Below, piece after piece: positions 48,291-56,561 of a DNA stretch of 62,017 nucleotides. Numbering within the stretch: position 1 is the first letter of the stretch; every line of letters begins with the position of its first letter. The DNA is from Treponemataceae bacterium. Its GTDB lineage: Bacteria > Spirochaetota > Spirochaetia > Treponematales > Rectinemataceae. The translations under genes and the position numbers were made by a program. Under the pieces are notes generated by a model. The model did not search any database. It had not been told where the DNA came from and worked only from the letters and a program-made list of their open reading frames with translations. The stretch is taken from assembly GCA_963678065.2 (NCBI GenBank), contig CAXXVZ010000001.1:1-62017 (forward strand), given 5' to 3'.

Positions 48291-48404
48291 ATGGAAACAG
48301 TATTTTCCGTCAAAGACATGAATTGCGGGCACTGCACGCGCCGCATCGAAGAAGCCCCCGCCGCCATCATCGCGGAAGCCGGCTACACCCCCGTTCTCGC
48401 ATGA
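48291..48404 (+). pseudogene. CopZ/HMA copper chaperone with in-frame internal deletion (37 aa)
   Basis: GAGAGGA RBS; METVFSVKDMNCGHCTRRIEEA joined directly to PAAIIAEAGYTP; central beta2-beta3 region absent. Confidence 0.65.
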
Positions 48405-49720
48405 GGGCAAAGCCGGGAGAGGCTCTCGGGCGCAGAATTCCGCAGCTTCTTCGCGCCTGGCGCGGCCCGGTTGCCGGGTCGACCACCCTTTCCGGCCCCC
48501 TCTCCCTCGCAGAAACGCGGACTGTAGCCTCCTCGCTGCTCAGGCTCCAGAGGGGCCTCACCGGCGAACGGAGCCTCGTCGGCGAACCCTACATGGACGA
48601 CAGGGGCCTTCTCGGCGCCTATCTCCTATACTACTGGCCCGTCTCCTACCTGCAGACAGCCCTCGCGCTGGAGGAACTCTTCCGCCCCGCCTCCGGGAAT
48701 CCGCTCTTGAGCCCTTCCTCCGGTCTGCCGGGAATACGGCGCGTGCTCGACATCGGCTCAGGTCCCGGCCCCGCCTCGGCGGCTTTCCTCGACCGGGGGG
48801 CTGTCGACTTCACCCTCGTCGATTCAGGAAGGAAAGCCCTCGAGCTCGCCGAAAAGCTTCTCGCGGCGGGATCAGCCAGTGGAGAGAAGGGCTCACGCCA
48901 CGCGGAAGGGAAACAGGAGCCCCGCCTCTCCGTCGTGACCATCCGGACCGACATCGAGGCCATGAGGGAGTGGCCATCCGGCCCATTCGATGCGATCGTC
49001 CTCTCGCATTCCCTGAACGAACTCTGGCGCTCCGACGAGTCCCGGGAAGAAAAACGCCTCGCCTTCCTCGGGAAACTGCTCTTTCTCCTCGCCGAAGGAG
49101 GGATTCTTCTCGTCGTGGAACCCGCGCTCCTCTCTACCAGCCGCGAACTCCTCGGCCTCAGGGACAGACTCCTCTCAGAGCATCCCGGCCTCGGCCTGGC
49201 AGGCCCCTGTCCGGCTTCCCTGCCCTGCCCCGCTCTGGCCGCAGGCCCCGGCCGCAGCTGCCACTCCGAGTACTCCTGGCAGGCTCCTGAACCGGTCGCG
49301 TCGCTCGCTGCCGCCGCGGGGCTCGACAGAAGCTCCGTCAAGGCCTGCTGGCTGGCCTTCAGAAAGAATTTCCACCCCGGCTCCGCTGTTCCGGCTCCGA
49401 ACTCCATCGAAGGCCGGATAGTCTCCGAAGCCATGCTTAACAAGGCTGGCCGTATCCGCTACATTGTCTGTGTCGGGACAAAGCTCGTCACGGTTTCGGC
49501 GGGCGGAAAGGACGACCACGCCAGGGACGCAGGTTTCACGCGGCTCGGGCGAGGCGATTGTGTGCTCTTCGAGGGACTGGAACCGCGCGGCGAGGGCGAT
49601 CGGATGGGACCGGAGCCCGGCTTTCTCCCGGCATCCGGCCCGGACAGGCAGTCTGCGGCAAGTTTCGGCTTCGGCGCTGGCTCGAGCCTTCTCGTGACCG
49701 CTCCCGCCCCGAAACCCTGA
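48401..49720 (+). CDS. Rsm22/METTL17-like SAM-dependent methyltransferase
   Basis: YM...LGAYLLYYWPVSY, VLDIGSGPGPAS, FDAIVLSHSLNEL, LVVEPA, PCPASLPCP...SCH. Confidence 0.85.
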   Translation: MRAKPGEALGRRIPQLLRAWRGPVAGSTTLSGPLSLAETRTVASSLLRLQRGLTGERSLVGEPYMDDRGLLGAYLLYYWPVSYLQTALALEELFRPASGNPLLSPSSGLPGIRRVLDIGSGPGPASAAFLDRGAVDFTLVDSGRKALELAEKLLAAGSASGEKGSRHAEGKQEPRLSVVTIRTDIEAMREWPSGPFDAIVLSHSLNELWRSDESREEKRLAFLGKLLFLLAEGGILLVVEPALLSTSRELLGLRDRLLSEHPGLGLAGPCPASLPCPALAAGPGRSCHSEYSWQAPEPVASLAAAAGLDRSSVKACWLAFRKNFHPGSAVPAPNSIEGRIVSEAMLNKAGRIRYIVCVGTKLVTVSAGGKDDHARDAGFTRLGRGDCVLFEGLEPRGEGDRMGPEPGFLPASGPDRQSAASFGFGAGSSLLVTAPAPKP

Positions 49721-49761
49721 ACATACGTAGAAGCAGAAAGGCTCATAGCCGGGGACAGTGC

Positions 49762-50181
49762 ATGGACAGAGAGCGCATCCGTTCTTCCATACTCGAGCAT
49801 GCCGAGGTGGATTACGCCCGTTCGGGAGGCCCTGGCGGGCAGAATGTCAACAAAGTCAACTCCAAAGCCGTCGCGAGAATTCGCCTGGACAGCGTAGAGG
49901 GACTCTCGGAGCGCGAACGCGAACAGGCGAGAGCGCGTCTCGCCTCCCGCCTGACTCAGGAAGGCGAACTCGTCGTCGCCGCGGACGACGAGAGGGACCA
50001 GCCGAGGAACAGGGCTCTGGCCCTCGCCCGGCTCGCCATCCTCGTCGAGAAGGCGGCTCTCATCATGAAGACCCGAAAACCCACCGCTCCGACCCACGCC
50101 TCCCGCGAACGCCGGCTCTCATCCAAGCGTTCAGCCTCCACGATCAAGCGCGGCCGCGGTCGTCCCTCGGGAGATGACTGA
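49762..50181 (+). CDS. arfB: Alternative ribosome-rescue peptidyl-tRNA hydrolase ArfB
   Basis: RSGGPGGQNVNKVNS, RDQPRNR, basic tail RKPTAPT.ASRERRL..K. Confidence 0.94.
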   Translation: MDRERIRSSILEHAEVDYARSGGPGGQNVNKVNSKAVARIRLDSVEGLSEREREQARARLASRLTQEGELVVAADDERDQPRNRALALARLAILVEKAALIMKTRKPTAPTHASRERRLSSKRSASTIKRGRGRPSGDD

Positions 50182-50938
50182 GATGGACGCCATCGCGGGC
50201 AACAGGACGCGCGTCACAGCCGGAGGGCCTCATTCCGCCATCGGACAACCGCGTATCGCGAGCGTCATCGGGTGGTCGGGCTCGGGCAAAACCACCCTCG
50301 TTTCCAGGGCAATAACCGAATGCGCGCGGCGCGGCATATGCTGCGTCGCGGCCAAGCGGGCGAGACACGCTCCCGACATAGCGCCCGAAGGGAAGGACTC
50401 GACCCTGTTCCTGCAGGCGGGGGCGGAAGCCTCGGCCTACGTGGGGGATTCGGGCGCGGCCCTCTTCCTTCCTCCCCCCTCCCGCGAGGACCGGGATTAT
50501 TTTCTCGGACTGCTGCCTCCCTCTGAGCTCCTCTTCCTGGAAGGGGCAGTCGTGGAAGGGGCGATCCGCGTCCTCGTGGCCGGGCATGCGACCGATCTCT
50601 CCGAACTGAAAAGGCCACTCGGGGAAGTCGACCTCCTGGTCGCCTTCGACCCCTCGCTGCGGGAGTCCGCAAAGCGGGAGGGAAAACCCGCGATACACCC
50701 CGACGACATCGCCGGATTCATCGATATACTCATGGATCATCATGGAGGAACAAAAATGGAAACACGAAACGAAGCCAGCAAGGAACGGGAAGTCAGCATC
50801 CTCTGCGACGGAAAGAGCATCCCCCTCGTCCCCTTTGTCGAGCGGCTCTTCGCCGACACGATCGCGGCGATGACCGGCAGCCTCAAGGGCGGCGAAAACG
50901 CCTCGGAAATCACCATAACGGTCCGGACGAAGAAATAG
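50174..50938 (+). CDS. mobB: MobB-like P-loop protein with C-terminal extension
   Basis: IGWSGSGKTTL, KRARHAPDI..EGKDS..F..AGA; C-terminal IPLVPFVE domain. Confidence 0.7.
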   Translation: MTEMDAIAGNRTRVTAGGPHSAIGQPRIASVIGWSGSGKTTLVSRAITECARRGICCVAAKRARHAPDIAPEGKDSTLFLQAGAEASAYVGDSGAALFLPPPSREDRDYFLGLLPPSELLFLEGAVVEGAIRVLVAGHATDLSELKRPLGEVDLLVAFDPSLRESAKREGKPAIHPDDIAGFIDILMDHHGGTKMETRNEASKEREVSILCDGKSIPLVPFVERLFADTIAAMTGSLKGGENASEITITVRTKK

Positions 50939-51014
50939 TCGCCCCTGCGGCGCTGTTCTGCCCCGCCTGCGACTGATCGCGAGGGTTCTGAAGGAAACCG
51001 GAACCAACATCACG

Positions 51015-51053
51015 AAAGAAAAACCCGCCTTTGCGAGGCGGGTTTTTCTTTTT
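51015..51053. terminator. Bidirectional intrinsic terminator
   Basis: AAAGAAAAACCCGCCT-5nt-AGGCGGGTTTTTCTTT. Confidence 0.9.
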
Positions 51054-51104
51054 ATGAGCTATGCCGGATCACTGAATCGCCCCTTCCGTGTGGTCGGGGG
51101 CAGG

Positions 51105-51140
51105 AAAGAGGCGGGACATGATCGTCCCCGCCTCTCTTTT
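51105..51140. terminator. Hairpin terminator just downstream of hydA
   Basis: AAAGAGGCGGGAC-6nt-GTCCCCGCCTCTCTTTT. Confidence 0.7.
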
Positions 51141-51146
51141 CAGGAT

Positions 51147-52898
51147 TTACTTGGAATACAGTTTCTTGGCCTCGTAGTGCGTGTGCAGAAGCTCATGCGC
51201 CTTGTGGCTGCCCGGATGATCCAGGAACTCCTTGTACACCGACCCGATGTAAGGATTGTGGTGCGAACAGCGGTAGGTGGACTGATCGTCCTCATCGTAG
51301 ATGCCCCGGATGCGGAGCTTGCGGACCTCGTCGGTGCAGCCGTAGGGCTGGCCGCCGCCGCCGATGCAGCCGCCGCGGCATGCCATGACCTCAATGAAGT
51401 GCCAGGGCGTCTCCTTGCCTTCTTCTTTGGCCTTTCTGACCTGGTCGAGAACCTGGGCGATGTTGCCCATCTGGTGGGCGACGGCGACGCGGACCTCGGT
51501 TCCCTTGATGTTGATGCGGGCTTCCTTGATGCCGGAGATGCCGCGCACGCCGGTGAAGTTGACGTCCTTGAGATCTTCGTTCGTGATGAGGTAGTAGGCC
51601 GAGCGGAGGGCCGCCTCCATGACGCCACCGGTGGCTCCGAAGATGACGCCCGCGCCGGTGTAGGGGCCCATCGGGTTGTCCGCCTCGGAATCGGGCAGAT
51701 TGACGAGGTCGATGCCGGCCTGCTTGATCATGCGGGCCAGCTCGCGGGTCGTGATCGAGACGTCGACATCCTGGTGGCCCGACGCGTACATGGTCGCGTC
51801 GCGGCTGGTCTCGTACTTCTTCGCGGTGCAGGGCATGACCGAGACCGAGAAGATCTTCGCCGGATCGACATTGGCCTTGCCGGCCCAATATGTCTTGATC
51901 ATGGCTCCCATCATCTGCTGCGGGCTCTTGGCCGTGGAGAAGTTCGGGATCATATCCTCGTAGTACTTCTCCATGTAATCGACCCATGCCGGGCAGCAGG
52001 AAGTGATGAGGGGCAGGTCCTTGTTCTCGGTGAACCTCTTCACGAACTCCGAGCCCTCCTCGAGTATGGTGAGGTCGGCGGCGAAATTCGTATCGAAGAT
52101 CACGTCGAAGCCGATGCGGCGGAGCGCGGTGTAGATTTTCTTGGTGAGATTGACGCCGGGCTTGAGGCCGAAAGCCTCGCCGAGGGCGACGCGGACGGCG
52201 GGAGCGATCTGGACGACGCAGGTCTTGGCGTCGGGGCCGTCCTTGAGGAGGGCGTTCCAGACCGCGGCGGTCTGATCGTTCTCGTAGATGGCGCCGACCG
52301 GGCAGTGCGCGGAGCACTGGCCGCAGCGGATGCAGGGGCTGTCCCCGAGCTTGACGTCGGCGGCGGGCGCGATGCGGGTGGACTCGCCGCGTCCGAGGAA
52401 CTCGATGGCCCAGACGTTCTGCATCTGCTGGCAGACCGTGACGCAGCGGCCGCAGCGCACGCACTTCTGGGGATTGAGGATGAGGGACACGGAGGAATTG
52501 TCGATCGGAAGCTCGCGCAGGCGCTTCTCGAAGGGCTGTTCGCGGATACCGAATTCCTGGGCGAGGCGCTGAAGCTCACAGTCCTGGTTGCGGGGGCAGG
52601 CGAGGCAGTCGTCCGGATGGGTGGACAGGATGAGCTCGATGACGGACTTGCGTACCTGGATGAGCTCGGCGTCGTTCGTGATGACGCTCATCCCTTCCGC
52701 GACCGGCGTGCAGCAGGCGCGGAGCATCTTGGGACTGCCTGCGATCTTGACTACGCAGATACCGCAGGCGGCCCAAGGGGTGAGATCCTGGCTATAGCAG
52801 AGGGTCGGGATTTTGACATCGACCTTCTTGGCGGCGTCGAGGATCGTGGTACCTTCGGCGACCTGAACGGGGATTCCGTTAATCATTGCGTTGATCAT
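51147..52898 (-). CDS. hydA: [FeFe]-hydrogenase catalytic subunit (group A, HydA/HndD)
   Basis: 2Fe-2S, HxxxCxxCxxxxxC, 2x4Fe-4S; H-cluster motifs TSCCPAW, MPCTAKKYE, EVMACRGGCIGGGGQP. Confidence 0.96.
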   Translation of the reverse strand: MINAMINGIPVQVAEGTTILDAAKKVDVKIPTLCYSQDLTPWAACGICVVKIAGSPKMLRACCTPVAEGMSVITNDAELIQVRKSVIELILSTHPDDCLACPRNQDCELQRLAQEFGIREQPFEKRLRELPIDNSSVSLILNPQKCVRCGRCVTVCQQMQNVWAIEFLGRGESTRIAPAADVKLGDSPCIRCGQCSAHCPVGAIYENDQTAAVWNALLKDGPDAKTCVVQIAPAVRVALGEAFGLKPGVNLTKKIYTALRRIGFDVIFDTNFAADLTILEEGSEFVKRFTENKDLPLITSCCPAWVDYMEKYYEDMIPNFSTAKSPQQMMGAMIKTYWAGKANVDPAKIFSVSVMPCTAKKYETSRDATMYASGHQDVDVSITTRELARMIKQAGIDLVNLPDSEADNPMGPYTGAGVIFGATGGVMEAALRSAYYLITNEDLKDVNFTGVRGISGIKEARINIKGTEVRVAVAHQMGNIAQVLDQVRKAKEEGKETPWHFIEVMACRGGCIGGGGQPYGCTDEVRKLRIRGIYDEDDQSTYRCSHHNPYIGSVYKEFLDHPGSHKAHELLHTHYEAKKLYSK

Positions 52899-52920
52899 TG
52901 TATTGTCTCCTTGGGCCCGC

Positions 52921-54711
52921 TTACTTTTTGACGACGGCGCCGAACTTGCAGGCCTTGAAACACTCGCCGCACTTGATGCAGCGGGACGTGTCGATTACAT
53001 GCGCCTGCTTCTTCTCGCCCGCGATGCACGGGACGGGGCATTTGCGCGCGCACAGGCCGCAGCCGATGCACTTGACGGCGTCGATCTCGTAGACGACGAG
53101 GTCCTTGCACTTGCCGGCGCGGCATTTGTGCTCGACGATGTGCTCGATGTACTCGTCGCGCATGTGCTTGATGGTGGAGAGCGTCGGATTGGCCGCCGAT
53201 CCTCCAAGCATGCAGAGGGAGGCCTTCGTCATCGCCTTCCCGATCTTCTCGAGCTTGTCGAGATCGGCCAACTCTCCTGTGCCCTTGGATATCTTGTCGA
53301 GGATGGTGTGCATCTGGTTCGTGCCGATGCGACAGGGCGCGCACTTGCCGCAGGACTCGTCGCAACAGAAAGCCATGTAGAACTTGGCGATGTCGACGAC
53401 GCAGTCGTCCTCGTCCATGACGATCATGCCGCCCGAGCCCATCATGGAGCCGAGTCTGGTCAGATCCTCGTAAGAGATGGGGGAATCCAGGTCTTCCTCG
53501 GTGATGATGCCGCCCGAGGGACCGCCTGTCTGGACGCCCTTGAACTTCTTGCCGTTCCTGATGCCGCCGCCGATGTCGAAGATGATCTCGCGGAGTGTGG
53601 TTCCCATCGGAACCTCGACGAGACCGGAGTTGTTGATCTTGCCGGTGAGGGCGAAAGTCTTGGTGCCCTTGGATTTCTCGGTTCCGATCTTGGCGAACCA
53701 TTCGGCGCCCTTCGCCATGATGACGGAGACGTTGGCGTAGGTCTCGACGTTGTTGATGACCGTCGGCTTCTGCCAGAGTCCTTTGTTCGCGGGGAAGGGA
53801 GGCTTGGGTACGGGCATGCCGCGCTTGCCTTCCAGGGACTGGAGGAGGGCCGTCTCTTCGCCGCAGACAAAGGCGCCGGCGCCGAGGCGGATCTCGAGGT
53901 CAAAATCGAAATCCGAGCCCAGGATGTTCTTGCCGAGGAGGCCGTAGTCGCGGGCCTGCTGGATGGCGATCTTGAGGCGCTCGATGGCGAGGGGGTACTC
54001 TGCGCGGATGTAGATGTAGCCCTGGTGCGAGCCGATGGTCTTGCCGCAGATGATCATGGCTTCAACCACGGAGTGGGGGTCGCCCTCGATCGTGGAGCGG
54101 TTCATGTAGGCGCCGGGGTCGCCCTCGTCGGCGTTGCAGACGACGTACTTCACGTCGCCCGGGGTTTTCTTGGTGAGGTCCCACTTGAGCCAGGTCGGAA
54201 AACCGGCGCCGCCGCGCCCGCGGAGCCCTGAGGTCTTGAGCTCGTTGATGATCTCGTCGGGGCTCATCTTGAAGAGGGCCCTCTCGAGGCCGGAGTAGCC
54301 GTCGCGGGCGATGTACTCGTCGATGTTCTCGGGGTTGATGACGCCGCAGTTGCGCAGGACGATGCGGAACTGTTTCTGGTAGAACTCGATGTCCTCGACC
54401 TTGAGGTTGTCTTTCGCCTTGGCGTCTTTCTTGTAGAGAAGGCGCTTGACCTCGCGGCCCTTGATGACTTGCTCGGCGATGATCTCGGCGGCGTCTTCGG
54501 GCTTCACGTCCACGTAGAAGGACTCGGAGGGCAGAACCTTGACGATGGGGCCCTTCTCGCAGAAGCCGAAACAGCCTGTCTTGACGATCTGGACATCAGC
54601 CTTGACGCCCTGGGTTTCCGACTCGTGGATGAGGTTCTTGTAGATTTCGTCCGCGCGGGAAGATTCGCATCCGGTACCGCCGCAGACCAGGATGAAGTTC
54701 TTGTAGGCCAT
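52921..54711 (-). CDS. hydB: NuoF-like FMN/NAD diaphorase subunit (HydB/HndC)
   Basis: LRGRGGAGFP, CNADEGDPGA, AFVCGEETAL, ESCGKCAPCR, C-terminal 2x4Fe-4S. Confidence 0.95.
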   Translation of the reverse strand: MAYKNFILVCGGTGCESSRADEIYKNLIHESETQGVKADVQIVKTGCFGFCEKGPIVKVLPSESFYVDVKPEDAAEIIAEQVIKGREVKRLLYKKDAKAKDNLKVEDIEFYQKQFRIVLRNCGVINPENIDEYIARDGYSGLERALFKMSPDEIINELKTSGLRGRGGAGFPTWLKWDLTKKTPGDVKYVVCNADEGDPGAYMNRSTIEGDPHSVVEAMIICGKTIGSHQGYIYIRAEYPLAIERLKIAIQQARDYGLLGKNILGSDFDFDLEIRLGAGAFVCGEETALLQSLEGKRGMPVPKPPFPANKGLWQKPTVINNVETYANVSVIMAKGAEWFAKIGTEKSKGTKTFALTGKINNSGLVEVPMGTTLREIIFDIGGGIRNGKKFKGVQTGGPSGGIITEEDLDSPISYEDLTRLGSMMGSGGMIVMDEDDCVVDIAKFYMAFCCDESCGKCAPCRIGTNQMHTILDKISKGTGELADLDKLEKIGKAMTKASLCMLGGSAANPTLSTIKHMRDEYIEHIVEHKCRAGKCKDLVVYEIDAVKCIGCGLCARKCPVPCIAGEKKQAHVIDTSRCIKCGECFKACKFGAVVKK

Positions 54712-54724
54712 ACAATCCTCCGCC

Positions 54725-55120
54725 TTACTGCTTCATGATGTCGGCCGCGGGCCGATCGAAAATATGCTGGTCGAGGAGCTTGCGCTCGACGAGGTGCTTG
54801 CGCACGAGGTCGGCCGCCGTGTCCTTGGTCATCTTTCCGTAGATGACAGTGGGCATTCCGGGCATCACGACTTCGACCGTGGGCTCGACATAGCAGAGTC
54901 CCATGCAGCCGGTCTGTCGGATGATCACGGAGTCTTCGAGTCCCTTATCCTTCACCGCATCGACGATGGCGTCGAAAGTCTGCTTGGCTCCCGCGGCTAT
55001 TCCGCAGGTTCCCATGCCGACAATGACTTGGATCTCCTTGCCTTCCACTTCGCGGCGGATGAGATCCTGCCTTTTCTCGTCCCTGAGAGCGCGGAGTTGC
55101 TCGAGGGTCATTTTAGCCAT
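54725..55120 (-). CDS. Thioredoxin-like 2Fe-2S ferredoxin subunit (HndB/HydD)
   Basis: VGMGTCGIAAGA, QTGCMGLCYVEP; AAGGAG RBS. Confidence 0.88.
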   Translation of the reverse strand: MAKMTLEQLRALRDEKRQDLIRREVEGKEIQVIVGMGTCGIAAGAKQTFDAIVDAVKDKGLEDSVIIRQTGCMGLCYVEPTVEVVMPGMPTVIYGKMTKDTAADLVRKHLVERKLLDQHIFDRPAADIMKQ

Positions 55121-55196
55121 ATCCGTCTCCTTGTCTTTCCGGCCCGCGCTCCTCCGGGAGGCGCTGCCTCCCGCGTAGAATGCCGGTCCGGTACCG

Positions 55197-55736
55197 TTAA
55201 TCTTCTTCCTGCGATTCGAGGAAGTCCCTGAGCATGACGAGCGAAGATACTCTTTCGAGATCTCCGAGTGCCCCGGCAAGCTCGCTTCTGGTCACACTGT
55301 AAGCTTCGTCCTTTCCAGGCTTCTTCCTGACGATCACCATCTCGTAGTCGCCGGGAAAACAGAGGACAGCCTGGAAAAGTCCCGCGAGGTCGCCGAGCGG
55401 AGGACAATCCACGTTGTCCTTCGGAAACCGGAACGAGACCTTCGTCCCCGAGCCTTTTTCCGACTCGAGGCTGAAGTCGCCCCCTGTCTGCTCCACCGCC
55501 TGGACGAGGAAGGGCAATCCGAGCCCCACCTTGCGCTTCGCGTGTTTCACGCCGTCCGTATAGAACGGATCGAGAGCCCGCTCCCGCTGGCTTTCCGTCA
55601 TCCCCACGCCGTTGTCGGTGACGGTAACCGAATACCATCTCTCCGACTCGTCGAAATCCAGACGCACCAGACTCGCCTTCGCCTCGATCGCGTTCTGGAC
55701 GATGTCGAGGACGAAGTCGCACAGCGCGTAGTGCAT
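55197..55736 (-). CDS. Stand-alone GHKL (HATPase_c) protein within the hydrogenase operon
   Basis: LDIVQNAIEAKA, DNGVGM, DPFYT, VGLGLP, DCPPLGDL; no HisKA domain. Confidence 0.85.
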   Translation of the reverse strand: MHYALCDFVLDIVQNAIEAKASLVRLDFDESERWYSVTVTDNGVGMTESQRERALDPFYTDGVKHAKRKVGLGLPFLVQAVEQTGGDFSLESEKGSGTKVSFRFPKDNVDCPPLGDLAGLFQAVLCFPGDYEMVIVRKKPGKDEAYSVTRSELAGALGDLERVSSLVMLRDFLESQEED

Positions 55737-55747
55737 CCGGACCAGCC

Positions 55748-56224
55748 TTATGCGGTCCTGTATTTGGCGATTATTTCCGCCATCTGCTCTTTCTTGACCT
55801 TGCCGAAAACTTCGTTGCCGACCATGAGGACGGGCGCGAGGCCGCAGCATCCGAGACAGCGCACCGCGTCGATGCTGAACTGGCCGTCGTCGGTGACCTC
55901 GTCGCCCTTGATTCCGAGGATCGACTCGGTCTCGTCGATGAGATCCTGGCCCCCGCGAAGGTAGCATGCGGTGCCGAGGCAGATCGCGATCCGGTTTTTT
56001 CCGGGACGGGTTGTCTTGAAAAAGTGGTAGAAGGTCACGACGCCGTAGATCTTCGCGAGAGGAAGACCGGTGATGACCGCGAGCTTCTCGGCGGCTTCCC
56101 GCGGAATGTAGGAGAACTCCTCCTGGATGCGGTGAAGCAGCATGATGAGGCTTCCCGGCTTGTCCTTCCATTCATCGATGAAGTCCGTCAGCTCCTTGGA
56201 GAACTCGATCTGGGCCGCTGGCAT
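55748..56224 (-). CDS. hydC: NuoE-like 2Fe-2S subunit (HydC/HndA)
   Basis: IYGVVTFYHFF, ICLGTACYLRG, RCLGCCGLAPV. Confidence 0.94.
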   Translation of the reverse strand: MPAAQIEFSKELTDFIDEWKDKPGSLIMLLHRIQEEFSYIPREAAEKLAVITGLPLAKIYGVVTFYHFFKTTRPGKNRIAICLGTACYLRGGQDLIDETESILGIKGDEVTDDGQFSIDAVRCLGCCGLAPVLMVGNEVFGKVKKEQMAEIIAKYRTA

Positions 56225-56561
56225 GAAAACACCCCCTTGTGAATCCTTAAGAGACTATTCATTGACTTTCGTCAGCTTGGTATATTCCAGAATAAATATG
56301 TATCGATAAAAAACTGACGTATTGTAGATTGCTTTCCAGGATTCATCAAGCACCCGCACGATAGTCTGGAAGGTGGCCATCGCACCGCACCGCGCGCCAC
56401 AATATCCTGACTTCTGTCAGGCAAACCGATTTTCCGTTCAAAAAAAGGTATGAAACTGGCTGAAACCATAGTAAAATCACAGCGATGAAGGCTTAGGACA
56501 TGGAGAAAAAAATACGAAAAATACTCCTCCATCCACGAACGATGCATCTGACCTGAGTGAG

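Noticed and set aside
56238..56255. TTGTGAA half-site as a Rex operator upstream of hydC
   Set aside because: Second half does not match TTCACAA
56420..56480. GGCAAACC suggesting a c-di-GMP-I riboswitch
   Set aside because: The following GAAA-loop stem and GACGCAAAGC elements are absent
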